A DNA stretch of 64,000 nt from the human T2T-CHM13v2.0 reference genome, Homo sapiens. How positions within the stretch are numbered: the stretch's first letter is position 1; each line of letters opens with the position of its first letter. The stretch is taken from NCBI RefSeq assembly GCF_009914755.1, contig NC_060925.1, one strand, 5' to 3'. The notes under the pieces were generated by a model. The model searched no databases. It had not been told where the DNA came from and saw only the letters and a program-made list of their open reading frames with translations. A program made the translations under genes and the position numbers. Positions 47,250-61,558 of the stretch are shown here, in pieces.

Positions 47250-48700
47250 GATTAATACCCCAACAATCACAGGCATGAGCTGAGGGAGGGGTGCTAGAAG
47301 CACAGCAATGGATGTTGTGGGAGTCCAGGGTACTTGCTCATGCAGCTTGCCCGTGCCCTGTGCTCCTGCTCATGCTCAATACTAAATGGACCACATCATC
47401 TTATAATATATTGTTGCTGGACCCACTCCCCCTTGTGACTTCGTGGGCCCGGTAGGATCTAGTTCCCGACAAGCAATTCTGGCCATGTGGTCATTTGGTG
47501 TCCACAGTCAGGGTCAATTCTCCATCTCTAGGGCCCAGCAGCAGGCCAGGAGTTGTTCTTCAGAAAGGTGTGTAATTCTCTTTGGCAGGTGGTGTAGCCA
47601 CGTTCCAGAACTCTGAGGGCCTGCACTGTGATGCTCTCTCTGAGGCTTGCCACAGACTCTACACAGTGTCTTTTTCCATCTCTGGTACATGGACGGCCCT
47701 GTCATCAGAACTGCTTGATCACAGCCTGACCTGTGACAGAGCTCATTCCTGCCCTGGGCTCTATACTCAAAGCTGACACCTTTGTATCACCCAGTGTGGT
47801 ATGGATTGTGCTGCCTTTGAAACACAAAGAGGCCCACCAGGTGTTCTACTCCCTGCTTCTTGATAAGAAATGCAAGATTTAATTATTTATCTTCTAGTTT
47901 ACAGGGGATATTCCAACGTACCTGTGAACCCCAGCCACCTAAAAACGGAACCAATATGGCCACCCCCTCAATCTTAGAAGATTTCTCTCCCACTCTCTGG
48001 AGTACATGTATCTTACAAAGGCCTCCAGCATGTTAGCCACCTCTTGCTTATCCAGACTGGCTGACATCATCTTTTTCATATAGCAGACATCCAGATGAAC
48101 AAGGTCTGTATTGCAGAGGGCAGGAGAGTGAGCATAGTCATGATACAAACTGTAAATATACACGTATATACTGTAAAATATACCATATATATAGTGGTCC
48201 ATTCCATTAGATCTGAAATTATTTCAGATTGTCTTTCATAAGTGGGCCAAAAATAAATACATTGGCCACATAATAGCCACAGACAAAGTACCCAAGACTG
48301 TATTAACCTGCTCCAGTGGAGGTGCCACATTCAGAATAACAGCTCGGATTGGGGCTACGACTCAGTTGAGCTTGCAGGGTCCATCTAGCTTCTGCAGGGC
48401 CAGACTGATGAATTCAACAGAGATATGGTGGGGATCACTCTTGCATCCTTTACATCCTGAAGGTTGCTACTAACTTCTTCCAACCCTCCCACCACCCAAC
48501 ACCAGAAGGAGATATTGTTTTAATTTACTTTCTTAACCAGGAACAGTAGTTCCAAAGGCCTCCGCTTGCCTTTTGTCACTAAGAAAGCACTTAGTGCAGA
48601 TCCCGTAAGTCCTCAACAAACCCATGGGGAGCTCCAGAGCCCACTGGTACCCATCAGAATAGTCCCATGTTGGGCCAAAATAGCCCCTGTGTCATTCAGT
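47250..48700 (-). mobile_element. Second ERV-L class pro-RT remnant
   Basis: ORF 47939-48202 KQEVANMLEAFVRYMYSREWE resembles ERVL RT EQEVANTLDLLVRHLRARGWE; ORF 47514-47705 EEQLLACCWAL resembles EKQLLACYWAL. Confidence 0.8.
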
Positions 48701-48704
48701 CACC

Positions 48705-49020
48705 TGATACAGGTGGCCCTTGGAAGGGGGAGTCTCAGGCAAGGCAGGTCCAGGTAGCTGAGCAGATCCTGAGAGAGCTGACAGCTGAAGGGTGACCGCT
48801 AACCACGCTCCCCACAGCTGGGACAAAAGCCTTGTTGGAGGGGGAATCCGGGCGGTCATTCCCTGTCTGGCCTGTGTCCTAGGACTCAAGCTGCTCTGGA
48901 ATCCCATACGGGGGGTCTTCCTGGCCATGGGGCAGCTTAGTGGAAGGCCCACTTGTAAATTTAATCCACAACAACTGCTAAGAGTGTGGTAATCAGCTGC
49001 AGAATCCACAGCATCCCTTC
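48705..49020 (-). mobile_element. LTR16-like LTR fragment plus probable ERV 3'-internal stub
   Basis: ggcaaggcagg...agctgagcagatcctgagagagctgacagctg...ccccacagctggg...ggagggggaatccgggcgg. Confidence 0.55.
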
Positions 49021-49044
49021 ACCTCACACTGTTCAGTGAATCAT

Positions 49045-49215
49045 GAGCCAGGCACTGTTTGCAGCTCTGTGCATGAGTTATTTCATTTGATTCTCACCCA
49101 ATAGAGGGACTACCCTCACTCTGTCCCTGTTCACAGCAAGAAAGTGAGGCTTAGAAAGTGGAAGTAACTTGCCTAAGGTCATGCAGCTAATAAAGGCAGA
49201 GCTGGGATGCCTTTC
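49045..49215 (-). mobile_element. MIR
   Basis: gccaggcactgtt...tttcatttgattctcac...aaagtgaggcttagaaag...aagtaacttgcctaaggtca. Confidence 0.8.
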
Positions 49216-50034
49216 CTCTTACTGCTTTTGTAGCATCATATTAAATAATTAAATTTTTCTGCAAAGCCCAAAAGTGAAGGAAGAAATGCATGGTGATGCA
49301 GGAAATAACTTTATATTGCCTTTTATTTGCTTGCTGGTTGATAATGGAAATAACTAGTTCTGCTTTATCATTTTCATTATTTTCATTATCAGTTAATTAT
49401 TCTTCGTATTTTCTAATGTTTAAGAATGGCCCTGAATCTTTTCTTATTATCATTATTCAATTAGAAACTATGCCCCAGTTTCTATCCCTCAATAAATCCT
49501 GGAGTGGTGTCCGTTGAGAACGTGTATGGGTGAGAGAATAAGACAGCCTCTCATTCTAAAAATACATTGAAGCAGGAGAAATAGGCTGTGCATTAATTTT
49601 TTTTTCTCTAAGGCAGCTCAAGACGGCATCTCTCTCAGCTCATTAATTCTCGAAACAGCCCTATGAAGATGGCTACCAAGGAGCTTTCCCATGTTTCAGA
49701 ATAAAAAGGAAGTAAGTGGATGGAGGAAAAGAAATTGAAACACCAGGAAGAGCTTATCTTATTAGAAACTAAGTGTCTGCCAGTGCAGGAGCTAAAATCA
49801 GATCTTAATTCAAACCAGCAGTCGGGAAATGATTCCTCTATTCTATGGGACAAGTAGAAAGGGCATGGAAAAAGTATTCTTAGGGCTAACTTGTTTTTAA
49901 TCTAGAGAGGAGAATTTGTGGCTACACAGTATTCATTATATTATTATTTGTACTTTTCTGTGTTTTTTGAAACTTAATCCAAAAACTTAAATCTGAAAGA
50001 AGGAGAGATGAAGGGAAGGAGGAAGGGAAGAAAA

Positions 50035-50082
50035 GGAAGGAAGGAAGGAAGGAAGGAAGGAAGGAAGGAAGGAAGGAAGGAA
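50035..50082. repeat. (GGAA)12 microsatellite
   Basis: 48 nt of uninterrupted GGAA. Confidence 0.97.
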
Positions 50083-50245
50083 TTATTTTTTCCACACATT
50101 TCTTTTTCCTGAAAGGAGAAAACAATTTCCCGAATCAATTTATAAAAATAAGCAACTCCAGCTTTTCTTCCTCTACCACCTTCCACATTTAAAAACAAAC
50201 ATGAAAAGCAACATCCCCAAAAGCAGAGTAATAAACTCTAAGAAA

Positions 50246-50548
<303 letters not shown>

Positions 50549-50684
50549 TAAACACTTTAAAAATAACCTTGACCTGATATTCTTGTTAAGTAGTTTCTTC
50601 TTAATAAGGACACTAAACTTATCAACAACAAAGCAGTGGAGGATGTTGCACATTTGGGCAGTGTGATGACACCCGTAAAGCAAA

Positions 50685-50900
50685 GGCAGTGTGGCATGAT
50701 GGGAAGAAGGGCCTTTGGCTCCAAAGAGACCTGTGACAAATGTGCAGCTCTATCATTTATTAGTAGTGTGGCTTGAACAAGTCATTTAATCTTTCAGCAC
50801 TTTACTTTTCTCATCTGCAATATGAGGATAAGAAAATCTAGCTCCCAGATTGTGCTTAGGACTAAATGAGATGATTTGCTATAGTGCCTGGCATAAGCAT
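50685..50900 (+). mobile_element. MIR
   Basis: aggcagtgtggcatgatgg...caagtcatttaatc...ttttctcatctgcaatatgaggata...aggactaaatgagat. Confidence 0.8.
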
Positions 50901-51727
50901 TAGCAAACCCTCCTGCCTACCCACTCCTTTACTAATAAACAGGCTTAATAAGAGAATTTTTTCTGCATAAGAAGCAGAGCTCTTCAGGTCATTTTCAGGT
51001 GCAGCACTTGTTACATGAGCCTTTCTCTGCAAATGAGCCAGGATGGCTTATTCCCGTAAGTCTCGTTGGCCATGTCCAGGAATAGCCAGACATCTCTCTT
51101 CAAGGGCGATATTGGAAGAAGCAAGGTATACACTACGCCCTGACTCTCTAACAAGCCTCTAATTTAATTTGCATGTCTCTGGGCCTATTTATTGTCTCTG
51201 ATCTGATGGTCCCTGAAGCAGCTCTAAGGAGGTTTCCACATGCTCCAGACTCCTGAAAGTTGGGAGGTGATTGCAGGTAAAGAAAAGGTGGGTAGGGAGA
51301 GAGCATATTCACAGACTCGGAATGAAAAGGACAAAGAAACACTCTGGGAGTGTGATCAGAGGCTGCCTTCCCCAGGGTGGATCTCAGCACACAGTGGACT
51401 TTCCTTCTGACAGTATTTTGCATGCCCTGCAGGGGCAAGGTTTGCTGTGGACAGAATTGGAGAGAGTAAGCCCCAATATCTGAAGGCAGGGTAAAAAGAC
51501 AAATTTTATGTAGAGCCAAAAGGCTCAGAAATACCCCTGGAGAAAAAGATAAAAGCTTTGTTAGACATGCTGCCTGTTCGACCCTCTCTGTTATGAATGG
51601 CCTTTGCTCTCCATGGAAAGGAGAAAAGCCACATTACCTAAAGCAGATTCCACTCACATGGCTCTCACCAGTCCTCACTGCCTAGCAAATTGAGCATGAA
51701 CAGCTCAGACTTGTTCAATATCACCTC

Positions 51728-51820
51728 AATTCTGTCTTTTCAACCTTATCTCCAATCAAGATCCTCTTCCCCAAGATGGAAGAAGATCTTGAGTGGAGGC
51801 AAGCTTCAAAAGACAGAATT
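51728..51820. repeat. Inverted repeat / hairpin (43-bp arms, 7-nt loop)
   Basis: 51728-51770 vs reverse complement of 51778-51820: 37/43 identical. Confidence 0.92.
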
Positions 51821-51879
51821 AATAAAAGATAGACTAATTGGGTTTGGTGCCAATACTACTTACCTCTAAAACATCCTGT

Positions 51880-52760
<881 letters not shown>

Positions 52761-53111
52761 CCTAGCCCTAAACATTTAGAACTTCCAAATTTTTTCTGCA
52801 AGATGAGGTCTCCCTTCTAGGTAGCTCCCTTGAACATGATATAAAAAAAATATGCTGAATCCCCTTGTGTGACCATGTCTGGCCCATTAATAATGCTTTG
52901 TCTCAACCAATCAGTAATGCAGGTCATACTTATGTAATTTCTTCTTTTCTGCAGCGGCAAGGAAACCAGCCTACCTCAGTTTCTGCCCCTTTATGCTTCT
53001 CAGGGTGAACTAGACACTAATTCACTATTCCCTCAAATTGCAGGGGACACCTCAAGCTCATAGTTTGAAGGAGAAAGCACCACTCCCAACCTTCCCATAG
53101 CTAGGAAATGA

Positions 53112-53440
<329 letters not shown>

Positions 53441-54355
53441 CTAAGGAATAGTGACTTTGACTTTGTCCAACAGCTGTCTCCAAAATTATCTTCCCTCCTC
53501 CAACAACTCTCAATTATTTCACATCCACAAGCTGGTGACAGGTTTAAGAACACTGTGAATTCTCAACCCTAAAATCTCCTTCTTCTGAACCCCTGTATTG
53601 CTTATATTTCTCTTACGGTTTTAAAATCTGATTTGTGTACAGTTGTTTATGGCCAGATACACACCTTACCCAAATAGAACGTAAGCTACTTGAGGGTCTG
53701 ATTTTTGCATCTTCTAATCTCTAGAACTTGAAACAAGTAATGCTGATTACACATTGGTAGAATTGCTAGAGGCTAATTCTAATTCCCAACAGGAGATGAT
53801 CACAAGAAACAATTACTCTCACATGGAGTTCTTCCTCAATTTTCTGATACTTATTTTAGATTTCTTTCATGTTATTGGTTAAAAAAAAAAAAAGTGGAAC
53901 AATGCCACAGGAAAGGTAAATCAGAGACTGCCAAGGATGAGCGCTCCATCCTCATAGCTTAATTAAGGATCTCCAGTGAGGCTGTGGTGTGGTTTAGGAA
54001 CATCATGAGCCTGTTCCAGGGGATGTGGCTGCCAGTTCAAGACAAACTGACTGCACTCATTTATACCATCCTCCACAGCATCCCAGAGACAGTGTCACCA
54101 CCCTTTTGGCACACAGATGTGAGCATTCACTGAATCATAGAGCATTTGTGTAAATAGAGCCTCCAGACATCTTCTGGCCTCATTTGCAAATGAGTTATAT
54201 GTGTGCTGCTCAGATCCCTGGGTTAGCTAAGGGAGGAACACTCCCTCTGTGACTCCCAGGCCCGTGCCCTTTCAACTGCACTGATTACACAGGTATCTGG
54301 CTATGATACAGTCACATATCCTGACAGACACATGGATCAAGTCTGAATAGGAAGA

Positions 54356-55099
<744 letters not shown>

Positions 55100-55289
55100 A
55101 AGAGAAGCTTCAAAGGAAAATTTGTAGAGGGAAGAAGAGAAGCAGGAAGAGAGGGAAGGATGGTAGGGAGAAGGGAAAAGAAAACTGGAAATAAAACGTA
55201 ACTATGGGCACAAAAAACCTAAAAATACATTTACTTTTTAAAAAGAAACAAAACAAAAACAAAACTCTGCCATTTCTCCTTCTTCTTCC

Positions 55290-55940
55290 ATTCATTATCT
55301 ACTGCTGCATAGCAAACTTCCACCAACAGTGGCTTAAAATAACTCTCACTTATTATCTCAGTCCTGCAGGTCAGAAGGCCAGGCAGGGCTCAGCCAGCTT
55401 CTCAGCTCAGGTCTCAAGAGGCTGTCATCGAGGTATCCATTGGGCTGTGCCCATACTTGGAGTTCAGGGTCCTTCCTGCAGCTCATTCAGATTCTTGGCA
55501 GAATTCAGTTCTTTGTGGTTGTAGGACTCATACCCACTTTATTTCTTAAGGCCAGCAAGAGACTATCTGTACTGCTTTGACTCTCTCTGACTTCAGAAAG
55601 TGCCCAGTGCTGCCTCTTTCAAGGACTCATCTGATTAGGGAAGGTTCACCTAGAATAATCTCATTTTTTATTAATCCAAAATCAACTGATTAGTAACCTA
55701 ATCACAGAGTCACATCTCATATCTTCATTAGCTCCACCCACACTTAAGGAGAGGGGACTATACAAGGTGTGTACACAAGGGGGTAGGATTTTGGAGGGCC
55801 ATAGCACAATTCTGCTCACCATCATCCACCCTCTGGCCCAGTGATTTAGGTTTCTCCCAAATACAACAGACATTCACTTCCTACCAAGGTTCCCAAGAGT
55901 CTCATTCTATTTATAGCAACAGTTCAAAGTCCAAAACCTA
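55290..55940 (-). mobile_element. MLT1E-like LTR plus adjacent MaLR internal stub
   Basis: ggcagaattcagttctttgtggttgtaggact; aaggactcatctgattagg; then catccaccctctggccc...caaagtccaaaa. Confidence 0.7.
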
Positions 55941-55955
55941 GGTCTGCTTTTCCAT

Positions 55956-56314
55956 GGCTATGGTCCAAATGTTGGTGTCCTCCCAAAATATATATAGTGA
56001 AAGCCTAATCACCAATGAAATGATATTAGGAGGTGAGCCCTCTGGTAAGTGATGAGGTCTTGAATCCTCATGAATGGGATTAGTGCTCTTACAAAACAGT
56101 TCCCAGAGACTTCCCTTGCCATGCCAGGTAACAGCAAGAAGGTGTCATCTTGTCATCTTGCTGAACCAGAAAGTGGACCCTTACCAGACACCCAATCTGC
56201 CAGCAATTTGATTTTGGACTTCCCCACCTCCAGAAGGGTGAGAAATAAATATCTGTTCTCTATAAACTTTCCAGTTTATGATATTTTGTGATAGCCGCCA
56301 AATGGACTAAGACA
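55956..56314 (+). mobile_element. MSTD/MLT1A-like LTR
   Basis: ctatggtccaaatgttggtgtcctcccaaaa...catgaatgggattagtgc...gagaaataaat...ggactaagaca. Confidence 0.82.
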
Positions 56315-56997
56315 GCCACTTACGGATTTTCTAAAAATGAAAGTAACAATTCTAGGCCACCTGTCAGTTAAACAAAAGTAGATTTATTATTTTTAAACAA
56401 GAAAATACTTGTTAGGAATCCCATGCCTGTCCTCAAAGACTGCTCCTAGTTTGCAGACCAGCGGTGGTTTCCCTACTTCTGCACTATCATTAGAGGCTTA
56501 GAATTTGTCAGAGCACTAGGAAGGGACCTCAAAAGCTGAGCAACACACACATATCCTGCCTCTGGCCCTGTGATTCCACCATGTGGGGAACTAAAAGGAT
56601 GTCATTTCAAATGGTCTCTGGCCCCTTATTCATTGATTAATCTAAGCTTGTGACACAATAGTTCCTCCAATTCTTAGTATGCAAGAGGGTGGCAGGGAGG
56701 TGAGCCAGACAACTGGTTACACTTAAGGCAGCAGAGACAGCCTGGGATTGTCTGCTGCTATCTGCGAGCAGTTCAGGTTCGCAGCAGGCATGGGAGAGAA
56801 CAGGGAGTTAATGGGAAAAATACTTTCCTGTGGTTTATCTTCTGCAGACAATATCTCCTATAACTCTCTGGACTTCATCAGTACTTCTTCCTTACATATT
56901 ATAGCATGTGGAAGTTTGGAAGATCTACCTAATTTCTTTTCAAGCAATAACTTTCTGATTGTTTTTTAATTTTCATGGCTATTACATATGTATTTAT

Positions 56998-57308
<311 letters not shown>

Positions 57309-58131
57309 TAGATTTGGTATATATCTTTGAAAATAAGTATCAAGTATCACTCATATTCTGCATTTTCTTTTGTCTGCATGATCTATCAAAAACTGAGAGG
57401 CATATTATCTACCACAACTATTGTGCTACTACCAATTTTTACTTATGTTTACAAAGATACTCACTGGCTTTTTATACTTCAAAACTCTGCCATTTGATTT
57501 GTAAAATGTCATTCTTTTAAAAGCCTCATTGAGGGCTGAACCCCTCATTTTCAATAGCCCTCTTGACTATTTCATATTCTTACTTAGTATTTTAACTGGT
57601 GAACTTTTCGTCATCATTTCCTTTTGAAGTTTTGAGTTACTCCATTTTAGCTGTTCCTCCTTTAGATGGCATCTTGCTAGATGTCTGTTTTTAAGTTCAT
57701 TCTGAGGAATTTTTTTTTCAATAGGCGAGTTCACTCCCTTCTACTGTTAAATCAGTTTAGTGCTGTCATTCATTTCATCTTGTATATTTGTAATGACTGT
57801 TTTTTTGTATTTTTTGTTTTTTTTTACATTATTCTATTTTTCTTTGCTTTTTCTTTAGGATTTTGATAGTTTTATAAGCTGTTGGGTTCTCTGTGGGCTT
57901 GGCTTTCTAAATTTAAGTTTTATGTCTGAAGTTGCATTACTCAGTACCTCAACTTCTGACATAGGAGGAAAAGCAAAGAAATAACACAAAATTGAAGGGA
58001 GTGGTTTTCTTTGGGAGTATGCAGTAGGGTGGCATAGAGTGGAACACATAGGTAAATGCAAATTATGGATATTTGTTCAATATCCTAAGTTTGGGTGGTG
58101 AGCTCCAGGCATTCATTATACTCATGCTTGC

Positions 58132-58597
<466 letters not shown>

Positions 58598-59931
58598 TAA
58601 TGTTTTTGTTCCTATCAGCACTCTCTTCTCTATCTCAGCGTTCCTGTTTTTCTTGCTATACTCTTGACTTCTTACCCTGTCTGTTTTGGGTAAACCACTA
58701 TTTTGATAATGTAGCTTTTAGTAAAAGACTATCAAAAACAAAATGACATGCACGCAATGATTTCAACAATCCTAAACAAGCAAAACCTTATAAAGCATGT
58801 AAACAAGGACTACAGAATAAGATACAAAATGAAAATATTTTATGTTAGTATTGTGAGATTATGTATTACAATTTTTCCCTGGAATTGTTCTTTGCTACCT
58901 CATCATTTAAATTAAAATGTCAACAAGAAACAATAACTATAGCTGTGTAGCCTACTTACCTGTGCCGTGATGAAAATATCACACTACAAAATTTTTTGTA
59001 TTTGTATATTATGTTATATTCAAAAGTGTTTTAGATTTTCAAAAGAAAGTTAGAAACAGTCTCTTTAGATGAATGGCTTTGGCAGATTATGAAAGCCTAA
59101 AATTGTTGGCAAACTTGAACCTCAAAAAAGTAATTTGATGCTAATTAGCTATTTAAACATGCAGAAGATAACTGAAGTGAGAGAAAGGAATGAAAAAGTC
59201 AGACTTATCTGAATAGTAACAACACATAGGAAAACAGAATAATTTAGAGCTGGGGAATTAAAATAGTCCTCGTCTCCTCACAGAACAAAAGGAGAAAATA
59301 CTCTGAAGTCTTTGTTGCAATGGTGTGGAAAATTTATGTTTGAAAAAGCTGCATGTTTGAAAAATTGCATTTTTAAAATTAGTTCAGATTTTAGCAATTA
59401 ACTTCAAACTAGCATAAAAGTGTTCCTACATGGAGCAGATTCAATTCGAGGCTAAAGGAAAAGCACCTGACATTTTAGTTAGCCTATGCAGTCTGTCATG
59501 GATAAACCTGTAAGTACCTTTAGGATTTAGGATTTCTGAGGTGTGAAAAACAGCTCTGGACCTCAGAGTCAAAGGTTGAATCAGAGCTGAAAGTGGACTT
59601 TGCCGATCAAACCTCTGTCAGCAACAGCAAATGTTACACAGACGTTGAGACCATTGGGAGAGCTGAGTGCTTGTGACTGACACTATTTTTATCTGAACCC
59701 CCTCTCCAAATACCAGTGGGTCCCTGGGGTTGCCAAAATAACTTAAATGCTCTTTATAAGAAAAGCTTAGGTCATTTTTGTCAATGTGTTCAACTTGCCA
59801 GATTCTTTGAAAGCACCGATTCCTGTCTTCAGTACCATAATGAAGAATCACTTCTAAACATTTCTAAATAACAATCACCATGTTACTACATCCAAAAAGT
59901 TGTTTAAAGCATGTACTTCAGAATAATCGTA

Positions 59932-61499
59932 TTTAAATTCTTCCTTTGACTTCATGTCCCAGGGCACATGGTAATGACAGCTGCCGTGAGACATGGAATT
60001 GGAGGAGTTTCTGGGAGAATTGGAGGGTAGGGGTTTGTACTCTGGCAGTTTCTGGGTATCACTTTCATCTCTCACCATCACCAAGGAGCGGGAGTAACCC
60101 ATGGCAGCCTGCTCTGAGAAGACACCATGCAGCGTCTTCGTGTCTTGGGCCACAGTGGGAGATGTGGGCTTGTGAGTCCCCTCTGCCCAGTTCACCAAAG
60201 ATCAGGGACCGGCCCCAGATGATCTGCAGCCACCATGATGCTCTTCCCATGAGCCAGGCTCCACATTCTCCAGCCACGGATGTTCAGCACTGCTTTCAGG
60301 TACATGATAGACTCATGGGAAGTGTTGGTGGCCTCCCAGAAAAACACACCACCCTCTTCACTGACAGCAAAGGACCAGGCATAACCGGCATAGATCTGGA
60401 GACCCCATTCCAGGAAAGCCAAACCGCTTGGGGGATGTGGACCATCTTGTTTTTCTGTTCCACATGGTCCAGCCAGCAATAGCCACCACTGTGTCAGAAG
60501 AAGATGTGCTTCTGGGAGTCCAGGACCAGCATGTGGTTAGCTCTACAGGCCACATCTGCACAACCACGTGTGATACTGGCAAAATCTGCTAATCTTTCTT
60601 CCTTCTCCATGAAGACAGCCACTCACCTGGGCATCAGCTCCCAGCTGGACTCTATCCACAGCAGTGGGGACATGAACTTCTCATCATGAGTTGTATACAA
60701 GGTGACAATATTCAGGGCTCCCAAAGGAATAAAGGTTGGGGGTTTTTTTTGTTTTTTGTTTTGGTTTGTTTTGGTTTTAGTTTTGGTTTTTGCAGTCCAT
60801 CATCCTACTGAATTCAGTCCCATGGGCCATTTTGGCGAATGGCTGTCCTCGTATACCTTCTGCGCAGGGCTAGGAACTGCATCTGTCTGACGACCAAGCC
60901 CCACCTTCTGCATCTTGTTCTTTCCAAAGGCAAATGCAGTGCCCACTTCCAGCAACACTGGGGTGTGGCTCCACCCATAGGCTGCTGACACAGTCACTCC
61001 AGTACTGGGACCCTCTGTCAGTTTGGGGGCTTCAGCTTTCTTGGTGTCACCATGTTTCAGCTGCCCCTTTTCATTTCAACTCCAACTCCACAGATTCCCT
61101 TCTGTGGTGATAAGTGGACTGTAGGAAGCATATGTACCCAAAACCACTGCCTGCACCTGGACCCCCAGCAGGCATCCACTTCTATGGGACACCCACAAAT
61201 TCTGACTGGGGATCATGGTAAGCATCCTGTTATGTAAGTACTTTTTTAACCAATCAAGTCCCAGCCAGTTGCTCTCAAAATCAAGGCTGCCATTTGCACT
61301 TGGAACCTTCATATTTGCTGCACTCCTTGGTGTGTTTGGCTCCATGATGACGACAGCCATGCCTCCCACCTTGTTGGCCACCTGGTCTGCCATGCTGGGT
61401 GCTTGCCCCTGCAGGGAGCGCCTCAAGTTCCAAGCTTTCCTTCTCATGCAACTGTTTGGTGCTGCTGCTGCTGCTGCAGTACTTGGTCCTTGCATTGTT
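59932..61499 (-). pseudogene. RCC2P: Processed pseudogene of RCC2 (regulator of chromosome condensation 2 / TD-60)
   Basis: Colinear, intronless, frameshifted matches to RCC2: HTKECSKYEGSKCK (HTKERVKLEGSKCK); QNLWVSHRSGCL..LITTEGNLWSW (QNLWGPHRYGCL..LITTEGKLWSW); FAFGKNKM..GLGRQTDAVPSPAQ; QIYAGYAWSFAVSEEGGVFFWEATNTSHESIMYLKAV; KTLHGVFSEQAAMGYSRSLVMVRDES..KLPEY. The specific RCC2P number cannot be assigned from the sequence alone. Confidence 0.95.
60739..60791. repeat. (GTTTT)n-like microsatellite inside the RCC2 pseudogene
   Basis: ggttttttttgttttttgttttggtttgttttggttttagttttggttttt. Confidence 0.9.
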
Positions 61500-61558
61500 A
61501 ATAATCACCTCCCTTGCCACCAAAGGGTTTATAATGCTTGCAATAATACACAGCTGTG

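Noticed and set aside
58954-58962. Perfect minus-strand splice donor CAG|GTAAGT
   Set aside because: No convincing upstream acceptor or ORF; a single 9-mer is not informative
59946-60482. 178-aa plus-strand ORF as a novel gene
   Set aside because: Antisense to former RCC2 coding sequence, where stop-poor frames are common; it does not start at ATG and shows no promoter evidence
61460-61477. (CTG)n as a disease-type triplet repeat
   Set aside because: Only ~5 units, corresponding to the RCC2 poly-Ser codons
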